A DNA stretch of 64,000 nt from Octopus bimaculoides (taxonomy: Eukaryota), in assembly GCF_001194135.2 (NCBI RefSeq), contig NC_068982.1:180472774-180536773 (forward strand). The letters are read 5' to 3'. A model generated the notes under the pieces. That model had not been told where the DNA came from. It ran no database searches and saw only the letters and a list, made by a program, of their open reading frames with translations. Shown one piece after another: positions 26,347 through 38,940 of this stretch (position 1 is the stretch's first letter; each line of letters begins with the position of its first letter). The translations under genes and the position numbers were made by a program.

Positions 26347-27154
26347 GCAAACACATTCGCATATACACACACCAACATTTGTATTCATATCGTTGACAGT
26401 TTATACTTGGTGTGATGTAACAATTACGTTAATATATTCAGATATAGATAAACCACCAATGAATAGTGACTCTTCTTTTATGCAATTTAGCCTGACAGAT
26501 TTATTTTTCTGTGTTTATTTTTAATATTTTACTTCTGTTGACATAATATACGTGATAAGGAGTTGGTTTCTTTATAATCAATATCTTCGAATAACTATTA
26601 TAAGAATTCCAAAAACAAGCCTGAGACTTTCTTATGAAGAAATTTCAAGATGAATAGTTTCTATTTTTTTTTTTTTTTGAGAATATAAGCGACTCCGAGG
26701 AATCCAATTAGTTGATCTGATATATAGAATTTCTAGTTGAGTTTATTTTTTCTTCAATTTTAAATGTATCTACTTCTCCTCTGAGGGTATATCATTCTGA
26801 TGTACATCATTATTTCGTTTATTTGCAATGTATTTGGGAAAGTAAGTTTAATAAATGTGTCAGACTTAGATTTAATATAATTGGAGGTGTTTATCACCTA
26901 GTTTTATCTCTGTGTTTATATGTCTCTTACTTATTTGTAAACCCAACAGACGATTAATCTTATTTCATCCGTTGTTTACTGGTCTCAGTCATTGGATTAT
27001 GGCCACACTGGAGTACCGCTTTCTTAGATTTTGGCTTGCCTATATTGTTATCAATACAAAAGAAAAGTGGACAGTGGCGCGGTCGGACACAATTTATTTA
27101 GGTAAATAGACCATAGTGTGTTTTCATTCGCATTGGTTTCTTTCCACGCTATTC

Positions 27155-27245
<91 letters not shown>

Positions 27246-28164
27246 TGCAAGTACACGCACACTCATGCACACACGCACACATACGTACACACATACACGC
27301 ATACACACGTATGTACATGTAAATGTGTGTGTATGGATATATATATATACATATATAAAATAGAATAAAGTTTTATAAAAATTTATCAAGTAGTTAGCGT
27401 GAAAAACCTCATAAGGGAAAAAAAACGTCATTTATTCCCTATAAATATATATATATTTATTAATTTATATAAGGGCATTACTATACAATAAAGCCTCACG
27501 CTAAGAGGGACTCTAAAAGTCAAACTACCATAATAAACATATTTTTATCGAACGCGAGGGCATGCAAATCTCAAAGCTAACCGCCTAAAAACTTTTAAAT
27601 TAACGGTAAATCATGATTTCTATATAGCATAAACGTAGGGTATTCCCAGAGAAGCACTCAACACGAATTCTGGGCTATCAACACACGCGGGTTCCAGACC
27701 AATGTCGAAATTCTTCAAGTGTACAAAATCCTAGTTTCACGACGGTAATACAGTTGTGTGGGTTTGGCAAAGAGTAAATTGTAATCCATAATAATAAGAA
27801 AACAAAGAAATTCTTTAACACAACATTAATGATTCGTTACAATTGTTTCTGGACTAACTCTGCTTGCAACGCCAGTTTGCGGAAATATACGAAGAGGAAA
27901 TTAACATAATGTTTGCGGTTTTAGATACTAGTGCTGCACTTCAACAGACTTGCATCGAAAGTGCGTTTTCACTTTGTGCACCTTCCAACATTGAAGAAGA
28001 GTAAGTAGATGTAAAAAAAATACAAAGAAAGAGACAAATATGAAGAAGAAAAAGAAGAAATAGAAGAAGAAAAAATTACGAATACGAAGAATACAAAGGA
28101 AGAGGTGGAGGAGGAGGAGAAGAAGAAGAAGAAGAAGAAGAAGAAGAAAAAGGATACAAAGAAA

Positions 28165-28230
<66 letters not shown>

Positions 28231-28231
<1 letters not shown>

Positions 28232-29173
28232 GTAAATACATGGTAAATACTGGGCTAAACTAAATGCGAAAGAAATAGACAGAGAAAAATCCCAGCAATG
28301 GCTGAGAAGCTCAGGACTCAAAGCAGAGACTGAAGGATTTTTAATTGCTGCACAAGACCAAAGCCTCCCCACCAGAAATTACCAAAAACACATAATGAAA
28401 AGAAATATAACAAGTAACTGTAGAATATGTGGAGATCGATANNNNNNNNNNNNNNNNNNNNNNNNNNNNNNNNNNNNNNNNNNNNNNNNNNNNNNNNNNN
28501 NNNNNNNNNNNNNNNNNNNNNNNNNNNNNNNNNNNNNNNNNNNNNNNNNNNNNNNNNNNNNNNNNNNNNNNNNNNNNNNNNNNNNNNNNNNNNNNNNNNN
28601 NNNNNNNNNNNNNNNNNNNNNNNNNNNNNNNNNNNNNNNNNNNNNNNNNNNNNNNNNNNNNNNNNNNNNNNNNNNNNNNNNNNNNNNNNNNNNNNNNNNN
28701 NNNNNNNNNNNNNNNNNNNNNNNNNNNNNNNNNNNNNNNNNNNNNNNNNNNNNNNNNNNNNNNNNNNNNNNNNNNNNNNNNNNNNNNNNNNNNNNNNNNN
28801 NNNAGATGACAACGTTTCTCTAAAAGAAATGGAAAAACTTTCAAAATACAAAGACCTGGAAATAGAGATAACTCGAATGTGGAATCTAAAAACAGAAACA
28901 ATTCCTATCATAGTAGGTGCCTTAGGTATAATAAAAAAATATTCAGACAAATACATAACAAAAATAGCAGGACTTACAAATATATATAACATACAGAAAA
29001 TTGCACTACTGGGCACTGCACACATCCTACGCAAAACACTTTCAATACAGTAACCATAAGAGCACCACAGCAAACCACAGCACATACCCAAGGCGCACAG
29101 AGTGGCGCTCGGTAGTGAAGTGAAAGCACGTTATAAAAATAAAACTACTGAATAATAATAATAATAATAATAA
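28231..29173 (+). mobile_element. 5'-truncated R4/Dong-clade RLE non-LTR retrotransposon in an (AAT)n array, interrupted by a gap
   Basis: QWLRSSGLKAETEGFLIAAQDQSLPTRNY...CRICG, then EKLSKYKDLEIEITRMW...IIVGALG...KIALLGTAHILRKTLSIQ*, ~100-bp 3' UTR and (AAT)n tail; no stops in visible parts. Confidence 0.92.
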
Positions 29174-29203
29174 TGATCATCATCATCATCATCATCAATA
29201 TCA

Positions 29204-29234
<31 letters not shown>

Positions 29235-29631
29235 AAGAAGAAGAAGAAGAAGAAGAAGAAGAAGAAGAAGAAGAAGAAGCTAAGGATATTAATAAATGAG
29301 GAAGGGCATTATATAGCAAACAGTTTATGTGAACTAAAAATGTTCATAGTGATTGCTCTGTGCATCATTCTCACTGGTATCAAATTTCTTTGGATAGGTG
29401 AAAATTCATTTGACCACTTGTCAACATTCACTAGCGATGAAAATAATAATATTGATACTAATGATGTGTGTAGTGTGATTTGTTGTCGAATGGCATAAAC
29501 CACCTGATAGCTACCAGACCTATTCTGTGACCTTAGGGTGTGTAAGTCGTGTAAACGAGATGCAAAAACGATTTTGAAGAATTTCTTTGTCTTTTTATTA
29601 TTTGGATTATATATACTGCTAATAAAACAGG

Positions 29632-30182
29632 GTGAACACATGGTGCAAGGCCGACAAATATCAAGGAGTGATGTTTGTAGAGGCCACAACCCATGGAGAA
29701 CTAGCCCGAAGATTTAGGATAGTTCTGAAAGAGTCCAAACTCAACATTAAAATCGTTGAAAACCATGGAGCTCCATCAAATCCCAGTTGTGGATCACATA
29801 CCCCTTTGAGGATACCACATGCACCGATGGAAACTGCATGGGATGTAATATTAACCCCAGCATTAACTGTAGAACAAGAAATGCAGTCTACAGCATAAGG
29901 TGCATAGAGGGTGCTTGTAAAGACAAGAACATGCCATACATTGGTGAGGCATCTAGAAGCATTGCGGAGAGGTTAAATGGAGGCTTGAGACAATATCAAG
30001 ACAACCCCCCCCCCCAGCCCTCCATACTCTACCAACATGTCAAACACCATCAGAGAGTCACACTGAATCGACTTGACATCTACATTTTATCCAAGCATCC
30101 GAAGGACCCAACTCTCAGACAAATACAGGAGTACGTCATCATAAATGAAACATCTCCTGTGCTACATAGGAGATACACATAG
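29632..30182 (+). pseudogene. Penelope-like element C-terminus: Cys-rich linker and GIY-YIG endonuclease, frameshifted
   Basis: VMFVEATTHGELARRFRIVLKESKLNIKIVE, then CTDGNCMGC...CRTRNAVYSIRC...YIGEASRSIAERL...RQIQE. Confidence 0.85.
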
Positions 30183-32978
30183 AAGGTAGTGATATTCCAA
30201 TACCCACAGTTTATACATATTATACATACACGGGTAGATTAGTTAGTAGGCTGATATGTAGACGAANNNNNNNNNNNNNNNNNNNNNNNNNNNNNNNNNN
30301 NNNNNNNNNNNNNNNNNNNNNNNNNNNNNNNNNNNNNNNNNNNNNNNNNNNNNNNNNNNNNNNNNNNNNNNNNNNNNNNNNNNNNNNNNNNNNNNNNNNN
30401 NNNNNNNNNNNNNNNNNNNNNNNNNNNNNNNNNNNNNNNNNNNNNNNNNNNNNNNNNNNNNNNNNNNNNNNNNNNNNNNNNNNNNNNNNNNNNNNNNNNN
30501 NNNNNNNNNNNNNNNNNNNNNNNNNNNNNNNNNNNNNNNNNNNNNNNNNNNNNNNNNNNNNNNNNNNNNNNNNNNNNNNNNNNNNNNNNNNNNNNNNNNN
30601 NNNNNNNNNNNNNNNNNNNNNNNNNNNNNNNNNNNNNNNNNNNNNNNNNNNNNNNNNNNNNNNNNNNNNNNNNNNNNNNNNNNNNNNNNNNNNNNNNNNN
30701 NNNNNNNNNNNNNNNNNNNNNNNNNNNNNNNNNNNNNNNNNNNNNNNNNNNNNNNNNNNNNNNNNNNNNNNNNNNNNNNNNNNNNNNNNNNNNNNNNNNN
30801 NNNNNNNNNNNNNNNNNNNNNNNNNNNNNNNNNNNNNNNNNNNNNNNNNNNNNNNNNNNNNNNNNNNNNNNNNNNNNNNNNNNNNNNNNNNNNNNNNNNN
30901 NNNNNNNNNNNNNNNNNNNNNNNNNNNNNNNNNNNNNNNNNNNNNNNNNNNNNNNNNNNNNNNNNNNNNNNNNNNNNNNNNNNNNNNNNNNNNNNNNNNN
31001 NNNNNNNNNNNNNNNNNNNNNNNNNNNNNNNNNNNNNNNNNNNNNNNNNNNNNNNNNNNNNNNNNNNNNNNNNNNNNNNNNNNNNNNNNNNNNNNNNNNN
31101 NNNNNNNNNNNNNNNNNNNNNNNNNNNNNNNNNNNNNNNNNNNNNNNNNNNNNNNNNNNNNNNNNNNNNNNNNNNNNNNNNNNNNNTATATATATATATA
31201 TATATTCTTATATATACGTATACATGTATGTATGGATGTATACGTATGTATATATGGCGAGTTCATCAAATCACATTCACAGTCTTGATTGTAAACTCCA
31301 ACAGACAGAAAGAAAAGGACAATGTGTAACTACCGTCATCTCGAGTTGAGGAGCGCGAGATGCAATCCTGTTATCTACACTACCAAAAAAACCCCACTGT
31401 TGTTTGTGTTCCATATTCCAATCAGCTAGCATTATATATATTCGCTGGAATTTAGCCGACATCTGCATCATGCTGAGAATATATGTAGGAAACACCTCAC
31501 ACACGCATACCGATTCCCATTTACACGTATATAGGTATACATTTCGAAAAGAGAATATTATCATTATATTTTATTTGATTGTACACTTTTAGCAATAAAT
31601 ATATATTGAAAGGTTTCACGAAAAATAACGTCCTTGTGAAGTAGAGGTCCGATAACATTGGTTAAATATGTAAATGTTCACGTTAGAGTAAAAGCATCGA
31701 AGATTAATTGCAATCTGTTAAACAGTTCTGTTGTCAGGTTTCGATGCTTGACTGAGGAATTCTCACATTGATTAATCCGGCAATGCATGCCATATGCGTC
31801 TATGCATTATCTGTGACATGCACGTTTTAGCCAAACAGCCATGTCTACGCTAATAAACCCTGCACGAGGCTGTACGCTGTTCGTAGAGAAACAGATAAAA
31901 AATCAATAGTTTACAGCCTACTTTTGGCAATCATTTCCTTCTTTAGGATCAATATTAGTCCTTGCACGTCTTCCAGTTTGGATCTTTTTCTTTCATGTTG
32001 GCATGTCTTATACATTCTACGTTGTTACTAACCACATATTTCAATGCTTCACTTGGTTCTGGCTTTAGAATATTCTCATTGGTTTCGTCTCAAATATTTA
32101 ATTACTTGACCAGAAAAGTAACTTTACTACCTCATTTATCTATATAAAACTTAATGTAAATGTCAGAACCAAACACTTTTATGGTCTGAACAGGTCTTGA
32201 TATATTTATGTTATATAATCTGTATATAACATTCTGTATTTCAGTATTTCCTATATATTCCTAGATATTTTCCGCGATTTTGAAATTTTGCAAGTTGATT
32301 TATCTTTAAATGTCATTGTCCACTATTTGCATTTAAAAGCTACAATGCAAAATCACATCAGTTTATATATATAATTAAATCAGGGAAATCAAACCTTCTT
32401 AGAGAGATGTCAGTATCCTAGTTCCCCGGTTTTATCTAGTGTATCAATGAAAAACCAAAATGGTAGCTTCGCATTGATATTATTGTTTATGTATCAGAAA
32501 AAGAAAACGGAGAAATTATCAGAACATATTTTAATTCCAAACAAAGAGACTCTTAGAACCTACAATTGTTTCCATACCCAATTAATACAATTTGGGAAAT
32601 AAAAATAAAATAACATAAAATTAATGTTTTCTATCCAATTTGCTAACTGAGCATTTCGTCAGGGGAAGAAGTTGATAGAAGGAACTACATTCCAATGTGT
32701 TGGTAGATCATTGATAGTATCAAATATGTGCGCATTTGCATTCGATGTATTTAAAAAAAAAACGTTACTTATGTATATGTTTATGCAAATTTGTTTAATG
32801 CCTTTGTGCGTATGCGTATGTAATGTTTCAAAAAATAGATAACAATAATAATAATGATATGCAAAATATGAAAACCAATTTATTGCTTCGTACGTCGAAT
32901 AATACTCATAAAATTTGTAATACCAATAATTGAATAAAACGACACACCCCATATATATGTACACACACACACACATAC

Positions 32979-33040
<62 letters not shown>

Positions 33041-33374
33041 TATATACATATACTTATATATACGTGTGTGTGTAATAAGGTTCGAAAATTGTAACTTCTG
33101 ATAAGTGCAATATTATTTGTGGTCCGTGGGAAGAGTCATTTTAACGATGCGTCCTGCCCTAACTCTTCGAAACGCCTGTGTTAGAATGGGGGTAGCTGAT
33201 GAAGGAAAATGTTCTCTATGTGGCCTGTGTGTTTTCTGTACTCTAGTTATTATTATTTCTTTTGTCTACGTTTTGTTTGCAATGTCCCGTACCCAGATGT
33301 GCACCTATATATACAGGTAGACGTAGGTATGCACATGCCTGTACGTATATATGCATATACTCAGTTATTATTTG

Positions 33375-33406
<32 letters not shown>

Positions 33407-33488
33407 NNNNNNNNNNTATCATTACAACATACATACCTACATACATACATTCATATAATTACATACGTGCATACAGGCAAATAAACAT

Positions 33489-33553
<65 letters not shown>

Positions 33554-34904
33554 AGGTCATTGTATATCGACTTCGTGAATAACAGTGAAGCACTTAGCGA
33601 TGAAATGACCCAATATTTAATGTAGATTAAAATATTGTTTTTTGGGGGACTTCTAATTTTGCCTAACGTCTTATTTTTTTCCACTCAGATTAGTCTTGTT
33701 GAATCACTATTTATATATGCTGGTGCGCGTGTATTTACAGCACATATTTAATTACTTTTGCCTGCAATAGTTATTTTTCAAGTCATTGCTTGCTATTAAG
33801 ACTTCTTTTAAGAGCGGAAACTATACATCGATCGACGTTGTTTTTATTTAAGAAGCAAGGAACATTTAAGGAATAATAAGCGAACAGACCCGTAAGACAA
33901 GAAAATGATAGTTTATTTGTATACACGGGAATAATCATTAAGTAGAAATTAACATGAGTGGTTAGTATGCAATTCGTTATGCCTAATTTGATAACCTAAG
34001 ATGCGGATAAGAACAGTTCATAATTTACATTTATCGGTATTTACGTTCCGTTTTGATTTAGATAGCTTTACCACACATTTAGATATTTGATTTAGATAGC
34101 TTTATCACATATGATGACCTCGAAAAATAGGTGTACATAACTTCTAGTAATGGTTTTCTAACACTTGTTAATCTATGCAGCAGAGTCTATTGAGTTTCAT
34201 AAGTTTGGCCACAGGTTCTGTATTAAGAATCAGGTTAGACACGTTAATGCTATTTTCAGGCAACTTGTTATGTTCTGTCGGAACTCTTTCTTCATGCTGC
34301 TCTCGACCTTATTTGGAGTACCTCCTGGCGGACTTGGTCCCTAATTGGATTGCCGCTATGTGTTTTCGACCATTGCAAAATACTATTGTTAGCATATTAA
34401 AGATTTGCTACTAATTATTCAATTTCTAAAACCTAAAAGCCTAATCCTTAATATAGATATATGTCCTCCACAATATTCTTTCAGGGTATGTTCATTCCTG
34501 TAATCACATTTCTTTTTTGCTGATATTTTTATTGGTACTTTTCTGATTGAAATTTTTTTTTGTTGCTTTTCTCTGTTTTGCAATTCTACATGAAACTCCA
34601 TTGTAGTTTTATAGATAATAGGTTGTTTTACTTAAATACAAGCTAAATCCCCCTCTATTGTTTTCAAAGTAGATTCTAATTTCATAATTGAGAAGCTTAT
34701 AGCTGTATTCTATTTATACGTGACTTTTATCAATATTTTTTTCTTTTGTATATATTCTTAGATAGCCAACTGAAATTCAAAGGGGCTATTTCGCTATGAA
34801 TATTGTGCTCGTTCATTCTTTATTTCTATTTTTATTTCACTTATTCCATTTTTCTAATCTCAAGTGATCTGTAATGTGGCTATAAAAGAGATTATTTCTA
34901 TAAT

Positions 34905-35180
34905 TAGCAAGGTGGCAGTATCATTAGCACGCCGGACAAAATACTTAGCCGTTTCTTCTTCGTCTTCTTAGAATTTCAGTTGATTAGATAATATATAGTG
35001 AGTAGAAGGAGGCGAACCGGCTGAATTGCTGGCACGCCGGGGAGAATGCTTAGTGGCATCTCATTCGTCTACATACTGAGTTCAAATTTCGCCGAGGTCG
35101 ATTTTTTTCTTCGTTCTTTCGGGATCGATAAAATAAAAACCGATTGAGCACTGGGGGATCGATGTAATAGACTAGTCCCT
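34905..35180 (+). mobile_element. Two partial or diverged SINE family A copies
   Basis: TTAGCACGCCGGACAAAATACTTAG; CTGAGTTCAAATTTCGCCGAGGTCGA; GATCGATGTAATAGACTAGTCCC. Confidence 0.8.
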
Positions 35181-35199
35181 TTCTTCTTCTTATTTTTTG

Positions 35200-35718
35200 G
35201 GCGCCTGGCACCTAGAATGTCGCCAGGCTCTCACAACTCTCTATTAGCCAAGCCATGGGATCGGTGAATATTCCGCTTTAGAAATTTATAGAGGATTAGT
35301 GGCGAGGAAGTGCGACGACATTCTCGGAGAGACTCTGGGTGCCGACGAGAACGAACTGAGTAGTTTGTTCCGGAGGACTCCCCTGTCGGGAACTATTATG
35401 GATGATTTCCAAATATCTTTGGCTTGGCATTGCTACTAGGGGTGGGGCGCTACCGATTTGAAATAAACTCTACAGGCACGGATGTGCTGTCAGACGGGCT
35501 TTTTCGAAGTGCGCGTAGAGTGGCGAAACCTTTCTGCACGCCTTCATTCACTGTTCGAGCATTGCTTGTGGGGTTATGTCGAACAACTGCTGTCATGTGT
35601 GGAATGGATCCGTCTGTCGGCCGAGGCTGTAGAGATGATGGCACCGTTTCCCTCCTTCAATCGGGCAGGCGAGGCAGGTTTCCTTTGCTTGGTGGCTGTG
35701 GCAAGAGAGCTTGTTTAA
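35200..35718 (+). mobile_element. L1-clade Tx1-like ORF2 C-terminal fragment (zinc-knuckle region)
   Basis: GC-rich island translating, with frameshifts, to GAWHLECRQAL...YRGLVARKCDDILGETLG...SLAWHCY...KLYRHG...ETFLHAFIHC...YVEQLLS...FLCLVAVAREL. Confidence 0.75.
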
Positions 35719-35732
35719 TTATTATCATTATT

Positions 35733-35765
<33 letters not shown>

Positions 35766-35772
35766 ATTATTA

Positions 35773-35827
<55 letters not shown>

Positions 35828-35836
35828 TGTTGTTGT

Positions 35837-35876
<40 letters not shown>

Positions 35877-35877
35877 A

Positions 35878-35931
<54 letters not shown>
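35715..35931. repeat. Compound (TTG)n/(TTA)n microsatellite
   Basis: Directly visible. Confidence 0.98.
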
Positions 35932-35932
<1 letters not shown>

Positions 35933-36354
35933 TGCGAGCTGGCAGAATCGTTACCATACCAGGCAAAATGCTTAGCAGCATTTTCTCTGTATCCACGTTC
36001 TGAGTTCAAATTCAGCCGAGATCGACTTTGCCTTTCATCCTTTCGGAGTCGATAAATTAAGTACCAGTGAAACATTGGGTTCGATGAATTCGTCTAGTCC
36101 CCTCGCCAAGAGTTTCTGGCCTTGTGCCTACAGCAGAAAGGCTTACTGTTATTAGTAAGGCGCCGAGCTGGCAGAATCATTAGCACGCCGGACAAACTAC
36201 TTAGTAGCGTTTTGTCTGTCTACGTTCCGAGTTTAAATTCTACCGAGGTCAACTTTGCCTTTCATCCTAATTAAGTACCAGTGAAACGCTGGTCTCGATG
36301 TAATAGACTAGTCCCTTCCCTAAAATTTCAGGCCTTGTATATATAGTAGAAAGG
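35932..36354 (+). mobile_element. Two tandem SINE family A copies (35932-36141, 36157-36354)
   Basis: Both carry the head, central GCCTTTCATCC domain and AGAAAGG end. Confidence 0.9.
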
Positions 36355-38334
36355 ATTATTATTTTTATTGTTGCTGTGGTGATGGTGATGGTAGTGTGTA
36401 TTATTATCGAAAGTATTGACTACATTTCTAGCATAAACAATGTTATGTTCTATTTTTTTTTGTCACGTTTTTGTCAATTTTATTGACTGTCATTTACGCT
36501 ATATTTCAGATTTATCTAATTGTGTTATTTTCTGTGATACAAACCGAGTGTACGCCTTGGTGATTTGGTCATATTTTGTATGTGCCAAGCTTTTCATCAT
36601 TCTAAAGTTAACTCTTTTATATGGCTGATACCGTTTTTTCTAACTCTACACAATGGATATTTTTCTTTCTCGATATGCAGACACACAAACACATACACTC
36701 ACATTCACACACAGACACATGCACACACAGAGAAACACATGCACACACACACACACGTGTCTGCGTGCGTCAGTGTATATTGCTTATATCCCTTCTTCAG
36801 TAACATGTTGCTGTCTATTAGAATAGATACGTCGAGATGCAGTTTTTCTTATGATATACATTATAAATAATGTCAGTGTGATTTCCTTTCAAGTGGCGTA
36901 TGTATTCTCATTCGCTGCATATCTTTAGAGTCATCCATTTATTTCGAAAGTTCTCTCCATTTCTTCTAGATAAATATTGTTTTCAACAGAGATTTATATG
37001 CCAATCAGTCCGGGGAACGTATCTTTTATAATCGTCTTTGACAATAATTCTATTCGACTCCTCTTTATTTCACTGTCACATTGAATGAAATTCTCTCCTA
37101 ATATTTAAGCGCATTTTTTTTTCTTTCCAAAGATGCTTTTCTATCACATGTTAATACTCATTTGCAAGAAGATGAAAAGACTTTCATGAGGTGTTGAATT
37201 TGTGGACTGAAGCAACAAGGATCGCTCCTTATATGCAGTGTTAACCAGAATAGTTTTTAGTGTGGAGATCGATATATGTCTACAATCTAATGTTATGGTT
37301 TTCCTAACAATACGACATAGCTCACACACTGTCTACTCCAGATTGGATAGTGTGAACCATTCTTACGTAAAAATACAACTGCTGCCATAACTTTATAAAC
37401 AGTATTCGCCGTTTTGAGAGTTCTGCCAGTAGAAGCCAATAGAACTTGTTTTCTTTTTAATTAAAACCTTGATTTAAACTGATTTACCGATTGAAATAAC
37501 CTTCAATTAAATTCACTAAAATCTCTACAGGCGTCTATCAATACAGAATACACAGCAGCTGCAGAATCACATGGAGATTCAGCAATTTCTAATATTGTTA
37601 TAATAACGTTAAATTATTACAGGGGGCGGGGTAGTTCTAATACATCTACAATATATCATGTTAGCTGGGGGTGGAGTTGGTTTCGGAGCTCGCAAGTTGC
37701 TAGCTGAGTTTTTCTAAGCTCTCCAATTAATTTAACTTCTAGTATATATTGTCGAAGCTGTTATTTATAATTGGGTGTATTTATAGTCTGTCTTATTTCT
37801 AGCAGTGATTTCAGTTTTTAAATTTGGTCTGACGCCTTTCTAACACTCATTTATAATTTTATTTTCATTTTTGCGTGTTATATTGCATAAGAGTTATCTA
37901 CTCTGAAATATTAGTGTAAACAGTTCTAGTTCAATTGTTTTATTTCTATGACTCTCTATTACAATTTTCTCAGGTTAAAGTAATTTGTGTCTACATTAGT
38001 AGAGACAAATTACTTAAATCTGAGAAGATTGCAATGACACATTTCTCTAATTCCACATTTCATTTTATGTCTTGGTTGAATTCCTAAAAGAATTCAGGTT
38101 TTTCAACTGGATATTATCCCATGCAACTATTTTAAAGTCATACATATACAAGGGATTGCTTATAACAGGTCCAGAATCTATCAAAGATCTCTTAAAGTAG
38201 TGAGATCTAAAAAGAGAAGAGCTTATATTATTATTAACATACATCCGAGTTTCATAATTAGATCAACCATCAAGCTTGGAGTCGACATGCTCGATGTATG
38301 TGCCGATATAAGAAATTATTATTGCTGTTCCTAT

Positions 38335-38545
38335 TCGGTGAATTGGCAGAATAGTTAGAGCGCCTGAAAAAATTTTTGCGATTCCAACTCTTTTCGTTCT
38401 GAATTCAAATCCCATTAAGGACAACATTGTCCTTCATGCCTTCTGAATCCATAAAATAGATTAACAGTAATATACTGGAGTCGACGGTATCGACAAAATT
38501 ACTGCCTCCAAAACTGCTGTCCTTCTGCCTAAAATCAGAAACTTA
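38335..38545 (+). mobile_element. Old diverged SINE family A copy
   Basis: CGGTGAATTGGCAGAATAGTTAGAGCG...TTCTGAATTCAAATCCC...CTGGAGTCGACGGTATCGAC. Confidence 0.7.
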
Positions 38546-38940
38546 ATTCTTTTTGAACTTAGGTAGTGCGGGAGACATAATTGTCTCTTCTTGTGAATTT
38601 GAGAAAAGGAGGATAACTGCAGCGAAAAGGGTTAATGTAACGTGAACTTGGGTGTATAAGTTTTCCTGAGTAGGTGGATGTCATCCTGTATCAGAAAGAC
38701 TGTGACTACCATGCATTAAGATATCCAGTCCAAGTTTTATCTCATACACTTGCCTTCGTTCTACGGGTTTATGCAAACTGCCCCGTTATATGCGGTATAA
38801 CTTTGTAATTTTTCTTTTATCCGACATAGATTATCATCATCATCTTTTATCCAACATAAATCATCATCATCATCATCATCGACATCACTATCGTTATCTG
38901 AAATGGAAGAATATGCAGTTGATTAATGCGAAGGCAGTGG

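Noticed and set aside
29340-29500. 52-codon ORF with a signal-like start (MFIVIALCIILTG...)
   Set aside because: Lies between two retroelement fragments; no supporting splice or homology evidence
33150-33215. CGAAACG...CTGATGAAGG as a type-II hammerhead
   Set aside because: Stem I cannot form; at most a decayed Penelope-type repeat
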